Of a stretch of 64,000 nucleotides of DNA, positions 1 through 9,941 are shown piece after piece. Where the stretch lies: NCBI RefSeq assembly GCF_021298855.1, contig NZ_JAJTHI010000045.1:10709-74708 (forward strand), given 5' to 3'. Source of the stretch: Gemmatimonas sp. (GTDB lineage: Bacteria > Gemmatimonadota > Gemmatimonadetes > Gemmatimonadales > Gemmatimonadaceae). The position numbers and the translations under genes were made by a program. Numbering within the stretch: position 1 is the first letter of the stretch; each line of letters begins with the position of its first letter. Under the pieces are notes generated by a model. That model was given only the letters and a program-made list of their open reading frames with translations. It did not search any database and was not told where the DNA came from.

Positions 1-345
1 GGGGTGCCAGGTCAGGCGTGTTGGCTGACCGCCCTCCGCCGGCACGACGTACACGTCGGTGTTGCCGGCATACTCCGCGCTGAACGCCACCAGGCGTCCG
101 TCGGGCGACAGCTTGGGGTTCTGCGTCTGCCCCTGAAAGCTCGTCAACCGGCGCGCACTGCCGCCCGCGCGTTCCACGATCCACACGTTGTTGGCGTAGG
201 CAAAAGCGATATGGCGGCTGCTCACGCTGGGGGTGCGGAGCAGCCGGGTGGGCGACTGTGCGTGGACACGAACGCCGGTCAACAGCACAGCAGCCGCGAG
301 GCCGAACGCCGCGCCGCGGGAACGCGGACGATGCAGGAGAGACAT
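1..345 (-). CDS. Tricorn-like S41 protease, N-terminal part (runs off window start)
   Basis: Hand translation (not in ORF track): MSLLHRPRSRGAAFGLAAAVLLTGVRVHAQSPTRLLRTPSVSSRHIAFAYANNVWIVERAGGSARRLTSF...PKLSPDGRLVAFSAEYAGNTDVYVVPAEGGQPTRLTWHP; signal peptide plus PD40-type propeller start typical of tricorn homologues. Confidence 0.85.
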   Translation of the reverse strand, partial: MSLLHRPRSRGAAFGLAAAVLLTGVRVHAQSPTRLLRTPSVSSRHIAFAYANNVWIVERAGGSARRLTSFQGQTQNPKLSPDGRLVAFSAEYAGNTDVYVVPAEGGQPTRLTWHP

Positions 346-434
346 GCTCGGTTGGCGAGTGAGGACGGACACCATTGCCCGCGGGTCTACGTTACGCCGC
401 GCTCGGCACTGGCAGAAGGGTCGTGGGGGGCCGG

Positions 435-2261
435 TCAGTAGCTCCAGGGAATCCTGTCGGGGGCCACCCGCAGCGCCATGCTGAGCACGGTCTGCTCACG
501 GGCCATCACCCAGCCATCCTTATCGGGGCGCCGCACTTCGAGCACCACCCGCAGCGTGAGATCGCTGGCGACATCGAGGGCCGTGAGGCCGACCACGCCC
601 GCCGGCAAGGCCACTTGCCGTTCCTCGCTGCTGCGCCACGCCTGCGCCAGCGGGACCGCGACACTGCGTACCAGCCGTCCGTCAACCGACGACTGATCGC
701 GCACGCGCACGTCGAAGCGCAGGAAGCGACCACGCGGGTCGTCATCGAGCAGGCGCCTGGGGAGCGTCAGCACCACCACGGCCCCGGTGTCCGGCATCGC
801 GCTCCACTGTGGCCACGCCCGTTGCACGAAGCGATCGCGACGCAGCTCCTGCCCCGTCACCACCTGCAACGTGCCGTCGTAGGACGGACGGGGCTTGAGA
901 TCCCCGAAGCCGCCAAACTGTTCGCGCACGCGCCAGGCGACATCGTCATGCGGCACGACGCCATTGCTGAGCACGACCCCCAGGGCGTTGGTGGCGCCGA
1001 GCGCACCGTGCGTGCCGCCCAGCGGCCGCATGCGATTGGCCACCGAGACCATGCCCAGCCCCACGCGATGGTCGTCGGCCACGGACACCAACACGGGCGC
1101 GGGGTTCTGCGTGGCACCGACATGTCCGTGCACGATGCGCACGATGGCCGCGGGATACCGGTGCGAAGCGGTCTCGCGCACCCACACCGATTCGGGAGCG
1201 TACCCGTTCGCATCGAGCAACCCGGCCGCCTGCAGGCGACGCACCGTACCGGCCAGCTCCAGCGGATCCCCGCGCTGCGGCAGGTATCGGTAGCGTGCCT
1301 TGTCCCCGGCAGGCGGCACCATCTCTTCGATGATCGCGTCGTCCACGGAGCCGTCGGCGCGCCGTGCCGACACGGTGAAGCGATCGCGCGCCACGTGCGC
1401 CGTGACGACTTCTACTCCGGGTACGGTGGTGAGCAAGGCGGCCACGCGAGCCACGGAGTCGGGATGGCAGAACACCCCGAACCCCGTGGTGACGCCGTCG
1501 ACACTGAACGCCACCCGATTGGGAGTATCGAGCGCGCTCGCCGTTTCGAATCCATGTGCCGCCAGCGCCTCGGCAATGGGCACGAACGCCGCGTCGCGGG
1601 CACGATTGTGGCCGTGGTCGGAGAGCACGACGATGTTCAGCGAACGTCCCGTGCGCTGCCGGTATCGTTGCTGCAAGGTGTCGAGTCGATCACTGAGGTG
1701 ATCGAGGTACCGCGCAATGTCGCCGCGCGTATGCTGCAGCGCGTCCGGACCGACATTGTAGAGGTACACGGTTTCGCGCCCACGCGAGCGGAGCACATGC
1801 GCGACGTCGGTGTCGACTTCCTTCCTGGCAACCGGCCAGGAGATGAGATAGGCCCCCAGATGGTGGAACTTGGTATCGAACGCCTGGTCCATGCGCTCCT
1901 CGTACTCGATGGGGCGAATGGCCGAGAGCGCGTCACCCAGCACCCGGCGGTGCCGCGTGCTGTAGTACACCCGCTGGTAACCCGGCGGAGGATTCACGCC
2001 GAAGATGGCGTGCCAGGCAATGTCGCTGATCGACGGGAAGGTAGAAATGAGCCTCGCGGGCTCATGGAAGGCGGCAAAGCGTCCGCGCTGCCGGGCGTCG
2101 AGCACATCGCGATAGTCGAGGCCGTCGAGCGCCAGGACGACCCGCTTCGGGAGCGCCTCGGGGGGAACGGCACGGCGCAGCGGGGTACACCCTGACAGCA
2201 CCCAGATGAGGGAACTGAGCGTGAACCAGTGGCGCTTGCCCACGCAGGAGGCACGGATCAT
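435..2261 (-). CDS. Alkaline phosphatase superfamily (nucleotide pyrophosphatase/phosphodiesterase-like) exported protein, probable lipoprotein
   Basis: Motifs VVLALDG, STFPSIS, PDALQH, VLSDHGH, GTHGA; N-terminal hydrophobic stretch ending VLSGC. Confidence 0.75.
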   Translation of the reverse strand: MIRASCVGKRHWFTLSSLIWVLSGCTPLRRAVPPEALPKRVVLALDGLDYRDVLDARQRGRFAAFHEPARLISTFPSISDIAWHAIFGVNPPPGYQRVYYSTRHRRVLGDALSAIRPIEYEERMDQAFDTKFHHLGAYLISWPVARKEVDTDVAHVLRSRGRETVYLYNVGPDALQHTRGDIARYLDHLSDRLDTLQQRYRQRTGRSLNIVVLSDHGHNRARDAAFVPIAEALAAHGFETASALDTPNRVAFSVDGVTTGFGVFCHPDSVARVAALLTTVPGVEVVTAHVARDRFTVSARRADGSVDDAIIEEMVPPAGDKARYRYLPQRGDPLELAGTVRRLQAAGLLDANGYAPESVWVRETASHRYPAAIVRIVHGHVGATQNPAPVLVSVADDHRVGLGMVSVANRMRPLGGTHGALGATNALGVVLSNGVVPHDDVAWRVREQFGGFGDLKPRPSYDGTLQVVTGQELRRDRFVQRAWPQWSAMPDTGAVVVLTLPRRLLDDDPRGRFLRFDVRVRDQSSVDGRLVRSVAVPLAQAWRSSEERQVALPAGVVGLTALDVASDLTLRVVLEVRRPDKDGWVMAREQTVLSMALRVAPDRIPWSY

Positions 2262-2319
2262 GATTCATCGTAGCCCGCCCGCGCGTCCACACAAGTCCGC
2301 GCCCCTGAGCGCGCCCCCC

Positions 2320-3489
2320 ATGCGTATGTCCCGTTCGATGCATCGGCTCGTCCCACTGTGGGTGGCAATAGCCCTCACCGGCCTCGGCGCGACGGGGGCA
2401 CGCGCGCAGTCGGCTGGCGCAGCCACCGGGACGGTGCGCGGCACCGTGAACACCACCTTTGGCCTCCCCATTGGCGGCGCGCAGCTGCGCCTTCGCATCC
2501 CGGGACGCGGCACGACCACGTCGGTGGAGTCGGACGACAACGGCACGTTCACGGCGGCAGGGGTGCCGCTCGGGTCTGGGTGGCTGGTGGCCCGACGCAT
2601 TGGCTACCGACCGGACTCGGTTGCCGTGGAGATCACGGCGGGCGAGCCCGCGCGCGCGACCGTGCAGCTGGAGCGCATTGCCGTGGAACTGAGCACCGTC
2701 CGGGTTGTGGGCCGACGCGACGTGAACGGTCCCATGGCCGGCTTCTACCGGCGCATGGACTACGGGAGCGGGCGTTTCTTCACGGCGGCCGACCTCGAAC
2801 GCCGCAATGCGGCGCGCATGACGGACGTCTTCCGGATGGTGCCCGGCATGCGCATCGAGTCGCGCGGCCTGCAGAACGCCGTACGCATCCGCGGCAGCCG
2901 CTGTGCACCGCTCGTCTGGCTCGATGCCCAGCCGCTCTATGCCGGAGAAGTGGACCTCGACGCCTTCGACCCGCGAACGTTCGAGGGAATCGAGATCTAC
3001 AGTGGCGCGGCGTCGGTTCCGGTGGAGTTCCAGGGCAACCAGCGCATGAGCAGCGCCTGCGGGACCATCGTGCTCTGGTCGAAGCGCGGCGAGCTGCGTG
3101 AACGCAAGCGCAAGAAGGACGAGCCTACCCCCGCCATGCGTATTGCCCAGATGATCGAAGCGGGAGAGGCCTATGTGGCCAACGACGTGGACGCCAGCGC
3201 GCGCCCCGACTCCGCCAATCTGGTCCGTCCCATCTACCCGGACTCGCTCTTCGATGCGCAGACACCGGGGCGGGTGCTGGCGGAGTTCGTGGTGAGCGCG
3301 AATGGCGAACCCAACATGGACACCTTCAGCGCGGTCACCACGACCAATCGCCTGTTCGTGGAGCCGGTGCGCCGCGCCGTACGCGAGCAGCGGTTTGCGC
3401 CGGCGGTCCGCAAGGGGCGTTTGGTGCAGCAGGTCATGCAGTTGCCGTTCGAGTTTGTCCCCGATTCCACCGCCCGCCGCCGCAAGTGA
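2320..3489 (+). CDS. Secreted carboxypeptidase-regulatory-like domain + TonB-receptor plug + TonB C-terminal domain fusion
   Basis: Signal peptide; GTVRGTV..PIGGAQL..SDDNGTF..RRIGY (beta-sandwich); VFRMVPG..VRIRG..EGIEIYSG..CGTIVLWS (plug); PIYPD..GRVLAEFVVSANG..RFAPAVRKG..LPFEF (TonB_C). Start chosen at 2320 (2326 or 2338 also possible). Confidence 0.75.
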   Translation: MRMSRSMHRLVPLWVAIALTGLGATGARAQSAGAATGTVRGTVNTTFGLPIGGAQLRLRIPGRGTTTSVESDDNGTFTAAGVPLGSGWLVARRIGYRPDSVAVEITAGEPARATVQLERIAVELSTVRVVGRRDVNGPMAGFYRRMDYGSGRFFTAADLERRNAARMTDVFRMVPGMRIESRGLQNAVRIRGSRCAPLVWLDAQPLYAGEVDLDAFDPRTFEGIEIYSGAASVPVEFQGNQRMSSACGTIVLWSKRGELRERKRKKDEPTPAMRIAQMIEAGEAYVANDVDASARPDSANLVRPIYPDSLFDAQTPGRVLAEFVVSANGEPNMDTFSAVTTTNRLFVEPVRRAVREQRFAPAVRKGRLVQQVMQLPFEFVPDSTARRRK

Positions 3490-3944
3490 TGACCGCAGCC
3501 CCCGCGTTGCCCCGGTCCGCGTCCCGTTCCGTGATTGCCGGCTCGGCCCGACTCGTGTTGCTGTTGTGCACCCCGGCGCTCCTGGCGGCGCAGGGGCGCA
3601 AGACCACCAAGGAAATCGGCCGCACCAGTATTGGCACGCCAACCGCGGTGCTGGTCGAACCGGGTACGGTATCGCGCGCCGGCACGGTGGTGACGGCGGC
3701 CGTGCGCGTGGCCCTCGTGCCCCCGCTCAAGCATCCGAAGGGAGAGCTCAAGAGCTCCCGCACCATTGGCATGTACGATTGTGCCAAGCGCGTGGTGGCC
3801 ACCAAGGAGAGCTGGTACTACCTCGATGAGGCCGGCACGAAGGAGGGGATGCACCGGCAGGTGAAGATCCCGGGGTTCGGGCCGGTCTCGAAGGGGTCGG
3901 TGGCCGATGTGGCGCTTACGTGGCTGTGCGCCGCGAAGCCGTAG
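3489..3944 (+). CDS. Secreted hypothetical protein, surface-adhesin-E-like fold
   Basis: Signal peptide, MYDCAKR...WLC cysteine pair; TGATG coupling to upstream gene. Confidence 0.55.
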   Translation: MTAAPALPRSASRSVIAGSARLVLLLCTPALLAAQGRKTTKEIGRTSIGTPTAVLVEPGTVSRAGTVVTAAVRVALVPPLKHPKGELKSSRTIGMYDCAKRVVATKESWYYLDEAGTKEGMHRQVKIPGFGPVSKGSVADVALTWLCAAKP

Positions 3945-4815
3945 CCGCCAACACGACGCCGCCAATCACGGCGCTGGCGCCTACGACTCCCAGGAGCGAG
4001 AGCCGCTCCCCCCACAGCAGGAACGCCGCGCCCACGGCGAGTATGGGCTCCAGGGTGGCAATGGTGGACGCCCGCGACGCGCCAATGCGCTTGAGGCCAT
4101 TGGCGTTCGACAGGTACGCGCCGTACGTGGCCACCGTGGCCAGAAAGCCAATGGCGGCCCAGGCACGCCACGTGAGTGTCGCCCACTGTACGAACGGGGC
4201 GAGCACCACCGCGCCCGTTGCCAGCGCCCACCCCATCACGCGCGCCGGGGCGTTGTGCGCAAACAGCGACCGCCCCAGCAGGAAGTACATGGCGTAGGCC
4301 AGCCCCGACGCGAGTCCCCAGCTCACGGCTGCCGGCGTGGCCGCAATGTCCGCAGCACCGGAGGCCGGGAAGAGCGCCACCAGCACCACCCCCGCAAACG
4401 TCAGCAGCAGCGCGCCCGCCTCGCGGGCAGGCACGCGCTCGCGCAACACAAAGTGCGCCCCCAGCGCCACCCACACCGGCGCCGAGTACAGCAGAATGGC
4501 CGCGAGGGCCGCCCCACCCCGCTGTACGCTTTCGAAGTAGGACACGTACAACCCGGCGACCGCCACGACCCCCAGCAGCATGGCCGGCAACCGGTCCTGC
4601 TGCCGCAGCGCGTGGGCGCGGGTCACCGAGGCGTGCGCGGCGAAGAGCAGGGCGGCCACCGTCGCGCGCCAGAACGCCACCGTGAGCGGTGCAATGCCCT
4701 CGGCGAACGCGACGCGCGCCACGGGACCCAACAGCGCCCACTGAAAGGCCGCCGCAACGACCAGCCAGACACCCAGCCTTGCTCCACCGACCGCATGTCG
4801 ATCGGTGGAGGTCAC
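3916..4815 (-). CDS. EamA/DMT family transporter
   Basis: About 10 TM segments, two EamA repeats, ASTIATLEP motif. Confidence 0.9.
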   Translation of the reverse strand: MTSTDRHAVGGARLGVWLVVAAAFQWALLGPVARVAFAEGIAPLTVAFWRATVAALLFAAHASVTRAHALRQQDRLPAMLLGVVAVAGLYVSYFESVQRGGAALAAILLYSAPVWVALGAHFVLRERVPAREAGALLLTFAGVVLVALFPASGAADIAATPAAVSWGLASGLAYAMYFLLGRSLFAHNAPARVMGWALATGAVVLAPFVQWATLTWRAWAAIGFLATVATYGAYLSNANGLKRIGASRASTIATLEPILAVGAAFLLWGERLSLLGVVGASAVIGGVVLAATASRRTAT

Positions 4816-4834
4816 CTGCGGGCACGGGTCAACG

Positions 4835-7800
4835 TCACGGCACGATGCGGGCTGGCGACGCGCCCCGGTCGACGATCTTCGGCAAACCCTTCGCGTCGAG
4901 CATGCTGTTCACCGGCGGCAGTTCGCTGGCCAGGATGCCGTCGATCGTGCGCAGTGCCGCGCCAAGCTCGTTGGCAAGAATGCCCTGCACCTCGACATGC
5001 TGCGTCGTGGGAGCGAAGTCCGCCACCGCCACCCCATTGCTGAGATAGCCCATCTTGCCGATGAGTTTCGAGCCGAATCGCACCCCGTCCTGGCCGGTGC
5101 CCGTGAGTCGGAGGTCCACCAGTGCCATCTCGGCATCGATGAGCTGCTGATCGAGCGTGCGCAGGCGGGTGGCGGCATCGGCATCACCGCCCCCCCGCTG
5201 CAGCTGCGCGAGAAGCTGCTGCACCTGAAGCCGCACGTTCTCCACGCGCGCCACCGCCGTGGCCGCCTTGTCGAGCTCCGCCTTGAGCGCCATGAGCACG
5301 CGCACCTGGGCGGTGATCTCCGCCTCGGTGCCGGCGCTGTTCGGGTCCTTGCGCACCACCAGCGGATGCTCCTGCGTTGCGCCGTCGACGCGCAGGCGCA
5401 CGGTGTACGTCCCCGGCGGCATGAGGATCTGCAGGCGATTCGTTCCCGGCGCCACGCGCCCCTGCGGTCCCGTCACGATGTGCTCCGCGAACAGCGGACT
5501 CGTGAGCAGGCGCACCTCGAGGCCCGGCTCGTCACGCAGGTCCCAATGCAGGCGATTGAGCCCAGCCCGATTGCTGCCGCGCAACGTGCGCACCACCCGT
5601 CCGTTGTCGAGAATCTCCACGGTCGGCGCCGTCTTGGCCGGTGCCTTGAGGTAGTAGTTGATGGCGGCGCCGTACTCCGGATCGGTGCCGGCGGTGGGAT
5701 CGTCGTAGGTCGTGCTGGGCGCCGTGATGGGGCGGAAGCGATAGGCCGCGCGCGGGGCAAACAGGTGCGCCCCCTTGGCCAGCACCGCCGGCTCGAGCTG
5801 CTGCAACGGCGACAGATCGTCGAGGATCCAGAAGCCGCGCCCGTACGTGGAGATCACCAGATCGTTGAAGTGCTCCTGCACGATGATGCCCGACACCGGC
5901 GCGTGCGGGAGATTGTTCTGCAGCGGCAACCACGTGTCGCCGCGGTCGTACGACAGGTAGATCGCGTTCTCGGTGCCGAGGTAGAGCATGCCCGGCCGCA
6001 CCGGATCCTCGATGATGATCTTCGCGTAGCTCAGCATGCTGCGCGGAATGCCAGTGACGATCTTCGTCCACGTCTTGCCGTAGTCGGTGGTACGGTAGAC
6101 GTGCGGATCGCGATCGTTCTCCTGATGCGCATCCACGGTGATGTACGCCGTGGCGGCATCCCACTTCGACGCCGCGATGGAGCGCACCGACCCCCAGAAG
6201 GGGATGCCGGGAATGTTCGGCGTGAGGTTGGTCCATGTGGCGCCGTTGTCCCGCGTGAGCTGCACCAGCCCATCGTTGGTTCCCGCCCAGATGGTGCCCT
6301 TGGCCTTGGGCGACTCCGCGATGCCGTACACCACGCCGGAGTACTCCACGCCGATGTTGTCGGGCGTGAGCCCGCCGGAGCTCTTCATGCGCGACCGGTC
6401 GTTGCGCGTGAGATCGGGGCTGATCACCTGCCAGCTGTTGCCGCCGTCCTGCGTGCGATGCACATGCTGGCTGCCCGTGTAGAGCGTGTTGCGGTCGTGC
6501 GGCGAGATGAGCAGGGGGGCATCCCACACGAAGCGGTACTTCACCCCCTCGGCCGGACCGTTCGACTGCTGCGGCCACACCTCGACGTTGCGGAACTGCC
6601 GTCGGTTCTCCTCGAAGCGCACCACGATGCCGCCGACCATGCCGCTGCCGGAGGCCGTGCTCCAGATGATGTTCGGATCGACCGGATCGGGGGTGGCCCA
6701 GCCGCTCTCGCCGCCCCCCACGGAGTGCCACATGCCACGCGAGATGCCGGCACTGCGCCCGCCCTGCACCCGGCTGTTGCTGGGTCCGCGATAGCTCGGC
6801 TCATCCTGCTTGTTGCCGAGCACGTTGTACGGCACGTTGTTGTCGACGGTGACGTGATAGATCTGGGCGTTGCTGAGACGCTGGCGGAACCACGTCCGGC
6901 CGCGGTTGATCGTGATGGAGAGTCCCTGATCGTGCGCCACGATCTGCCGGTTGGCGTTCGTGGGATCGATCCAGATATCGTGGTGGTCTCCGCCCGGTGC
7001 TTCGCCGCCGGTCAGCGTGGTGAGCGTGCGTCCGCCATCGATCGACCGCGCGTAGCTCGCGGTAAGGAAGTAGAGCTCGTTGTCGTTGTCGGTGGCCACG
7101 GCGGTACGCGAGTAGTAGTGCGCGCGCCCCATCGCATTGCGGTCACGGGTCATGAGCTGCCAGGTGGCGCCGTCGTCGTCGGTGCGCCACAGCTGCCCGC
7201 TTTCGGTGGCCTCTCCCTCAAAGGGCAGGCCGTCTCCCGTCTCGATGAGGGCGTAGACCCGCGACGGGTTGCTGCGCGCGATCGCCAGCGCGTGCTTGCC
7301 GGTGATCTTCGTCGGCAATCCGTTGCCGACGAGTTTCGTCCAGGTCACGCCGCCGTCGGTGCTCTTGAAGAGGCCGCTCCCCGGCCCACCGCTGCGGCGC
7401 CCCCAGGTATGGATCTCGATGTGCCACATGCCCGCGTACAGCGTACGCGGATTGGCGGGGGACATGGCCAGATCACTGCAGCCGGCGTCGGGGGTGGTGA
7501 AGAGCACCCGGGTCCACGTGGATCCGCCATCGGTGGTACGGTACACGCCGCGTTCCTGCTGCGGGCCGTAGGCGGTACCCAACGCGCACGCCAGGACCAC
7601 ATCGGGGTTCGTGGGGTGCACCACCACGCGCGCAATGCGCCCCGTCTTCTCGAGTCCCATGAGCTGCCAGCTCTTGCCGGCATCGGTGGACTTGTAGATG
7701 CCCTGACCGATCGAGATATGGCTGCGGATGTGCGCTTCGCCGGTGCCCGCCCACACGATGTTCGGATCACTCGGGGCAATGGCCAGCGCACCGATCGACT

Positions 7801-8080
7801 GCACGGGCATGTCATCGAAGATCTCGCTCCAATGCACCCCACCGTCGGTCGTCTTGTAGATGCCGCCCGAGGCCGCGCCCACGTAATACGTGTGCGGATC
7901 GCCCGGTATGCCGACCGCCGCGCTGAAGCGATTGCCCTCGGGGCCGATGTGTCGCCAGGTGAGCCCCTGGTACAACGCCGGCGTGACGGCGGGTTGCGGG
8001 GAAGGGGGCGCGGGGCGCTGCGCGCCGAGGGCGGCGGGGAGGGCGGCCAGTGCCAACAGGGCGGCGAGTGGTCGGTGCAT
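4835..8080 (-). CDS. VPS10/BNR-repeat glycosyl-hydrolase-like secreted protein (1081 aa)
   Basis: Signal peptide, many Asp-box repeats (KTTDGG, KSTDAG, RTQDGG), WRHIGP..GNR start. Confidence 0.85.
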   Translation of the reverse strand: MHRPLAALLALAALPAALGAQRPAPPSPQPAVTPALYQGLTWRHIGPEGNRFSAAVGIPGDPHTYYVGAASGGIYKTTDGGVHWSEIFDDMPVQSIGALAIAPSDPNIVWAGTGEAHIRSHISIGQGIYKSTDAGKSWQLMGLEKTGRIARVVVHPTNPDVVLACALGTAYGPQQERGVYRTTDGGSTWTRVLFTTPDAGCSDLAMSPANPRTLYAGMWHIEIHTWGRRSGGPGSGLFKSTDGGVTWTKLVGNGLPTKITGKHALAIARSNPSRVYALIETGDGLPFEGEATESGQLWRTDDDGATWQLMTRDRNAMGRAHYYSRTAVATDNDNELYFLTASYARSIDGGRTLTTLTGGEAPGGDHHDIWIDPTNANRQIVAHDQGLSITINRGRTWFRQRLSNAQIYHVTVDNNVPYNVLGNKQDEPSYRGPSNSRVQGGRSAGISRGMWHSVGGGESGWATPDPVDPNIIWSTASGSGMVGGIVVRFEENRRQFRNVEVWPQQSNGPAEGVKYRFVWDAPLLISPHDRNTLYTGSQHVHRTQDGGNSWQVISPDLTRNDRSRMKSSGGLTPDNIGVEYSGVVYGIAESPKAKGTIWAGTNDGLVQLTRDNGATWTNLTPNIPGIPFWGSVRSIAASKWDAATAYITVDAHQENDRDPHVYRTTDYGKTWTKIVTGIPRSMLSYAKIIIEDPVRPGMLYLGTENAIYLSYDRGDTWLPLQNNLPHAPVSGIIVQEHFNDLVISTYGRGFWILDDLSPLQQLEPAVLAKGAHLFAPRAAYRFRPITAPSTTYDDPTAGTDPEYGAAINYYLKAPAKTAPTVEILDNGRVVRTLRGSNRAGLNRLHWDLRDEPGLEVRLLTSPLFAEHIVTGPQGRVAPGTNRLQILMPPGTYTVRLRVDGATQEHPLVVRKDPNSAGTEAEITAQVRVLMALKAELDKAATAVARVENVRLQVQQLLAQLQRGGGDADAATRLRTLDQQLIDAEMALVDLRLTGTGQDGVRFGSKLIGKMGYLSNGVAVADFAPTTQHVEVQGILANELGAALRTIDGILASELPPVNSMLDAKGLPKIVDRGASPARIVP

Positions 8081-8143
8081 GACGGGTCTCGAGGTGGAGG
8101 GGACCTCCCATGCTACCGCCGTCGCGCGTTGCCGTCAAAACGA

Positions 8144-8185
8144 AACCGGAGGAACGGTGGGGGAATCCCCTCCGTGCCTCCGGTT
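8144..8185 (-). terminator. Stem-loop downstream of icd
   Basis: AACCGGAGG/CCTCCGGTT arms plus inner ACGG/CCGT and GGGG/CCCC pairs; A-run at 8137-8145 gives a U-tract on the minus strand. Confidence 0.6.
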
Positions 8186-8207
8186 CTCCGTGCCTCGAGC
8201 CGCAGGC

Positions 8208-9425
8208 TCACCCCATCTTCGCCTGCAGACGACGGTCGATGGCGTCGAGGAAGTCTTCCGTGTGGAGGTACGGCGTCTTCCGATCGATGAGAATGGCCAG
8301 GTCCTTGGTCATCTCCCCCGCTTCCACCGCTTCGATGCACACCCGTTCGAGGGTCTCGGCGAACGCCGTTACCTCGGGCGTCCCATCGAGCTTGCCGCGA
8401 TGGGCGAGACCGCGCGTCCACGCGAAGATGCTCGCGATGGGATTGGTGGAGGTCTTGTTTCCCTTCTGGTGCTCGCGGAAGTGACGGGTGACCGTACCGT
8501 GTGCGGCTTCGGCCTCCATGGTCTTGCCGTCGGGGGTGAGGAGCACGCTGGTCATGAGCCCCAGCGAACCAAAGCCCTGCGCCACGATGTCCGACTGCAC
8601 GTCGCCATCGTAGTTCTTGCAGGCCCACACGTACCCGCCTTCCCACTTGAGCGCGGACGCGACCATGTCGTCGATGAGGCGGTGCTCGTAGGTGAGCCCC
8701 TTGGCGTCGTACTCCGCCTTGAACTCGGCCGCGAACACCTCCTCGAACAGATCCTTGAACTGGCCGTCGTACGCCTTGAGGATGGTGTTCTTGGTGGAGA
8801 GATACACCGGGAAGTTGCGCTGGAGGCCGTAGCGGAAACTGGCCCGCGCGAAGTCCCTGATGGAGTCGTTGAAGTTGTACATCCCCATGGCCACGCCGCC
8901 GTCCTGGCCGAACTTGGCGACCTCGAACTGCATCGGTTCGCTGCCATCGGCAGGCGTGTAGGTGATGGTGACCGTACCAGGCCCCGGCACCTTGAAGTCG
9001 GTGGCCTTGTACTGGTCGCCGTGCGCGTGGCGCCCCACCACGATGGGCTTCGTCCATCCCGGCACGAGGCGCGGGATATTCGAAATGATGATCGGTTCGC
9101 GGAAGATCACGCCACCGAGGATGTTGCGAATGGTGCCGTTGGGGCTCTTCCACATCTTCTTGAGCCCGAACTCCTTCACCCGCGCTTCGTCGGGGGTGAT
9201 CGTGGCGCACTTGACCGCCACACCATGCCGCTTGGTGGCTTCGGCCGAGTCGATGGTGACCTGATCGCCGGTGGCATCGCGATGCTCGATCCCGAGGTCG
9301 TAGTAGTCGAGCTGCACATCGAGGTACGGCAGCACCAGCTTGTCCTTGATGAACTGCCAGATGATGCGCGTCATCTCGTCGCCGTCCATCTCGACGACGG
9401 GGTTCACAACCTTGATCTTCGCCAT
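8208..9425 (-). CDS. icd: NADP-dependent isocitrate dehydrogenase (405 aa)
   Basis: [54 protein letters not shown]. Confidence 0.97.
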   Translation of the reverse strand: MAKIKVVNPVVEMDGDEMTRIIWQFIKDKLVLPYLDVQLDYYDLGIEHRDATGDQVTIDSAEATKRHGVAVKCATITPDEARVKEFGLKKMWKSPNGTIRNILGGVIFREPIIISNIPRLVPGWTKPIVVGRHAHGDQYKATDFKVPGPGTVTITYTPADGSEPMQFEVAKFGQDGGVAMGMYNFNDSIRDFARASFRYGLQRNFPVYLSTKNTILKAYDGQFKDLFEEVFAAEFKAEYDAKGLTYEHRLIDDMVASALKWEGGYVWACKNYDGDVQSDIVAQGFGSLGLMTSVLLTPDGKTMEAEAAHGTVTRHFREHQKGNKTSTNPIASIFAWTRGLAHRGKLDGTPEVTAFAETLERVCIEAVEAGEMTKDLAILIDRKTPYLHTEDFLDAIDRRLQAKMG

Positions 9426-9656
9426 GCGGGGAGTGCCGGAGATTCGGGGGTGGAATGCGGCCTGAGCCGCCGAAGCGGCCGTGGAATCCTGCTGAACGGA
9501 AAATGGGGACGGGAACAGGGGGCTGGAAGCGGACCCGGCCCGTGGCCAGTCGGCCGACCGGGTGAACGCAGGCGCCGTCGGGTCACCCCCAACGGCAGAG
9601 ACGGGGGGCGCACCGTACACTTTTGCGGCCCTTTCCTCTTCCCACAGGACTTCGCC

Positions 9657-9941
9657 ATGGTGCCCTTTCCCCCTCCCCGGCCGGCGTGGCGCCGCCGCCT
9701 GGGTCTCCTGCTGGGCGGCGCGCTGTCGCTCGGCGCCCTCGTCCCGGTGGCCGATGCTCAGGCTCCTGCCCCGTCCGCCCAGCTGGTGGCCACCCGCGAG
9801 GCGCAGGAGCGCGAACTGCGTGCGTTGGCCGAGGTCCATCGCACCGACACACGGCGCTGCCGCGTCCCGCGCACGCGTCAGCGCCGTTCCTCGAACACGC
9901 CCACGTTGCGGTTCTTCTCCACGTTGTCCGCGGTGAAGTAG
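9657..9941 (+). CDS. Short secreted hypothetical protein, possibly a truncated remnant
   Basis: AGGA 10 nt upstream, TACACT -10-like element at 9616, signal peptide ([23 protein letters not shown]|Q); 3' end overlaps the asparaginase gene antisense by 64 bp. Confidence 0.45.
   Translation: MVPFPPPRPAWRRRLGLLLGGALSLGALVPVADAQAPAPSAQLVATREAQERELRALAEVHRTDTRRCRVPRTRQRRSSNTPTLRFFSTLSAVK

Noticed and set aside
4805-8290. 1161-aa plus-strand ORF (similar long ones at 37410-40913, 53532-55388, 19621-21663, 16992-18746)
   Set aside because: Antisense shadows of real genes; high GC3 suppresses stops on the opposite strand; His/Arg/Gly-rich, no motifs
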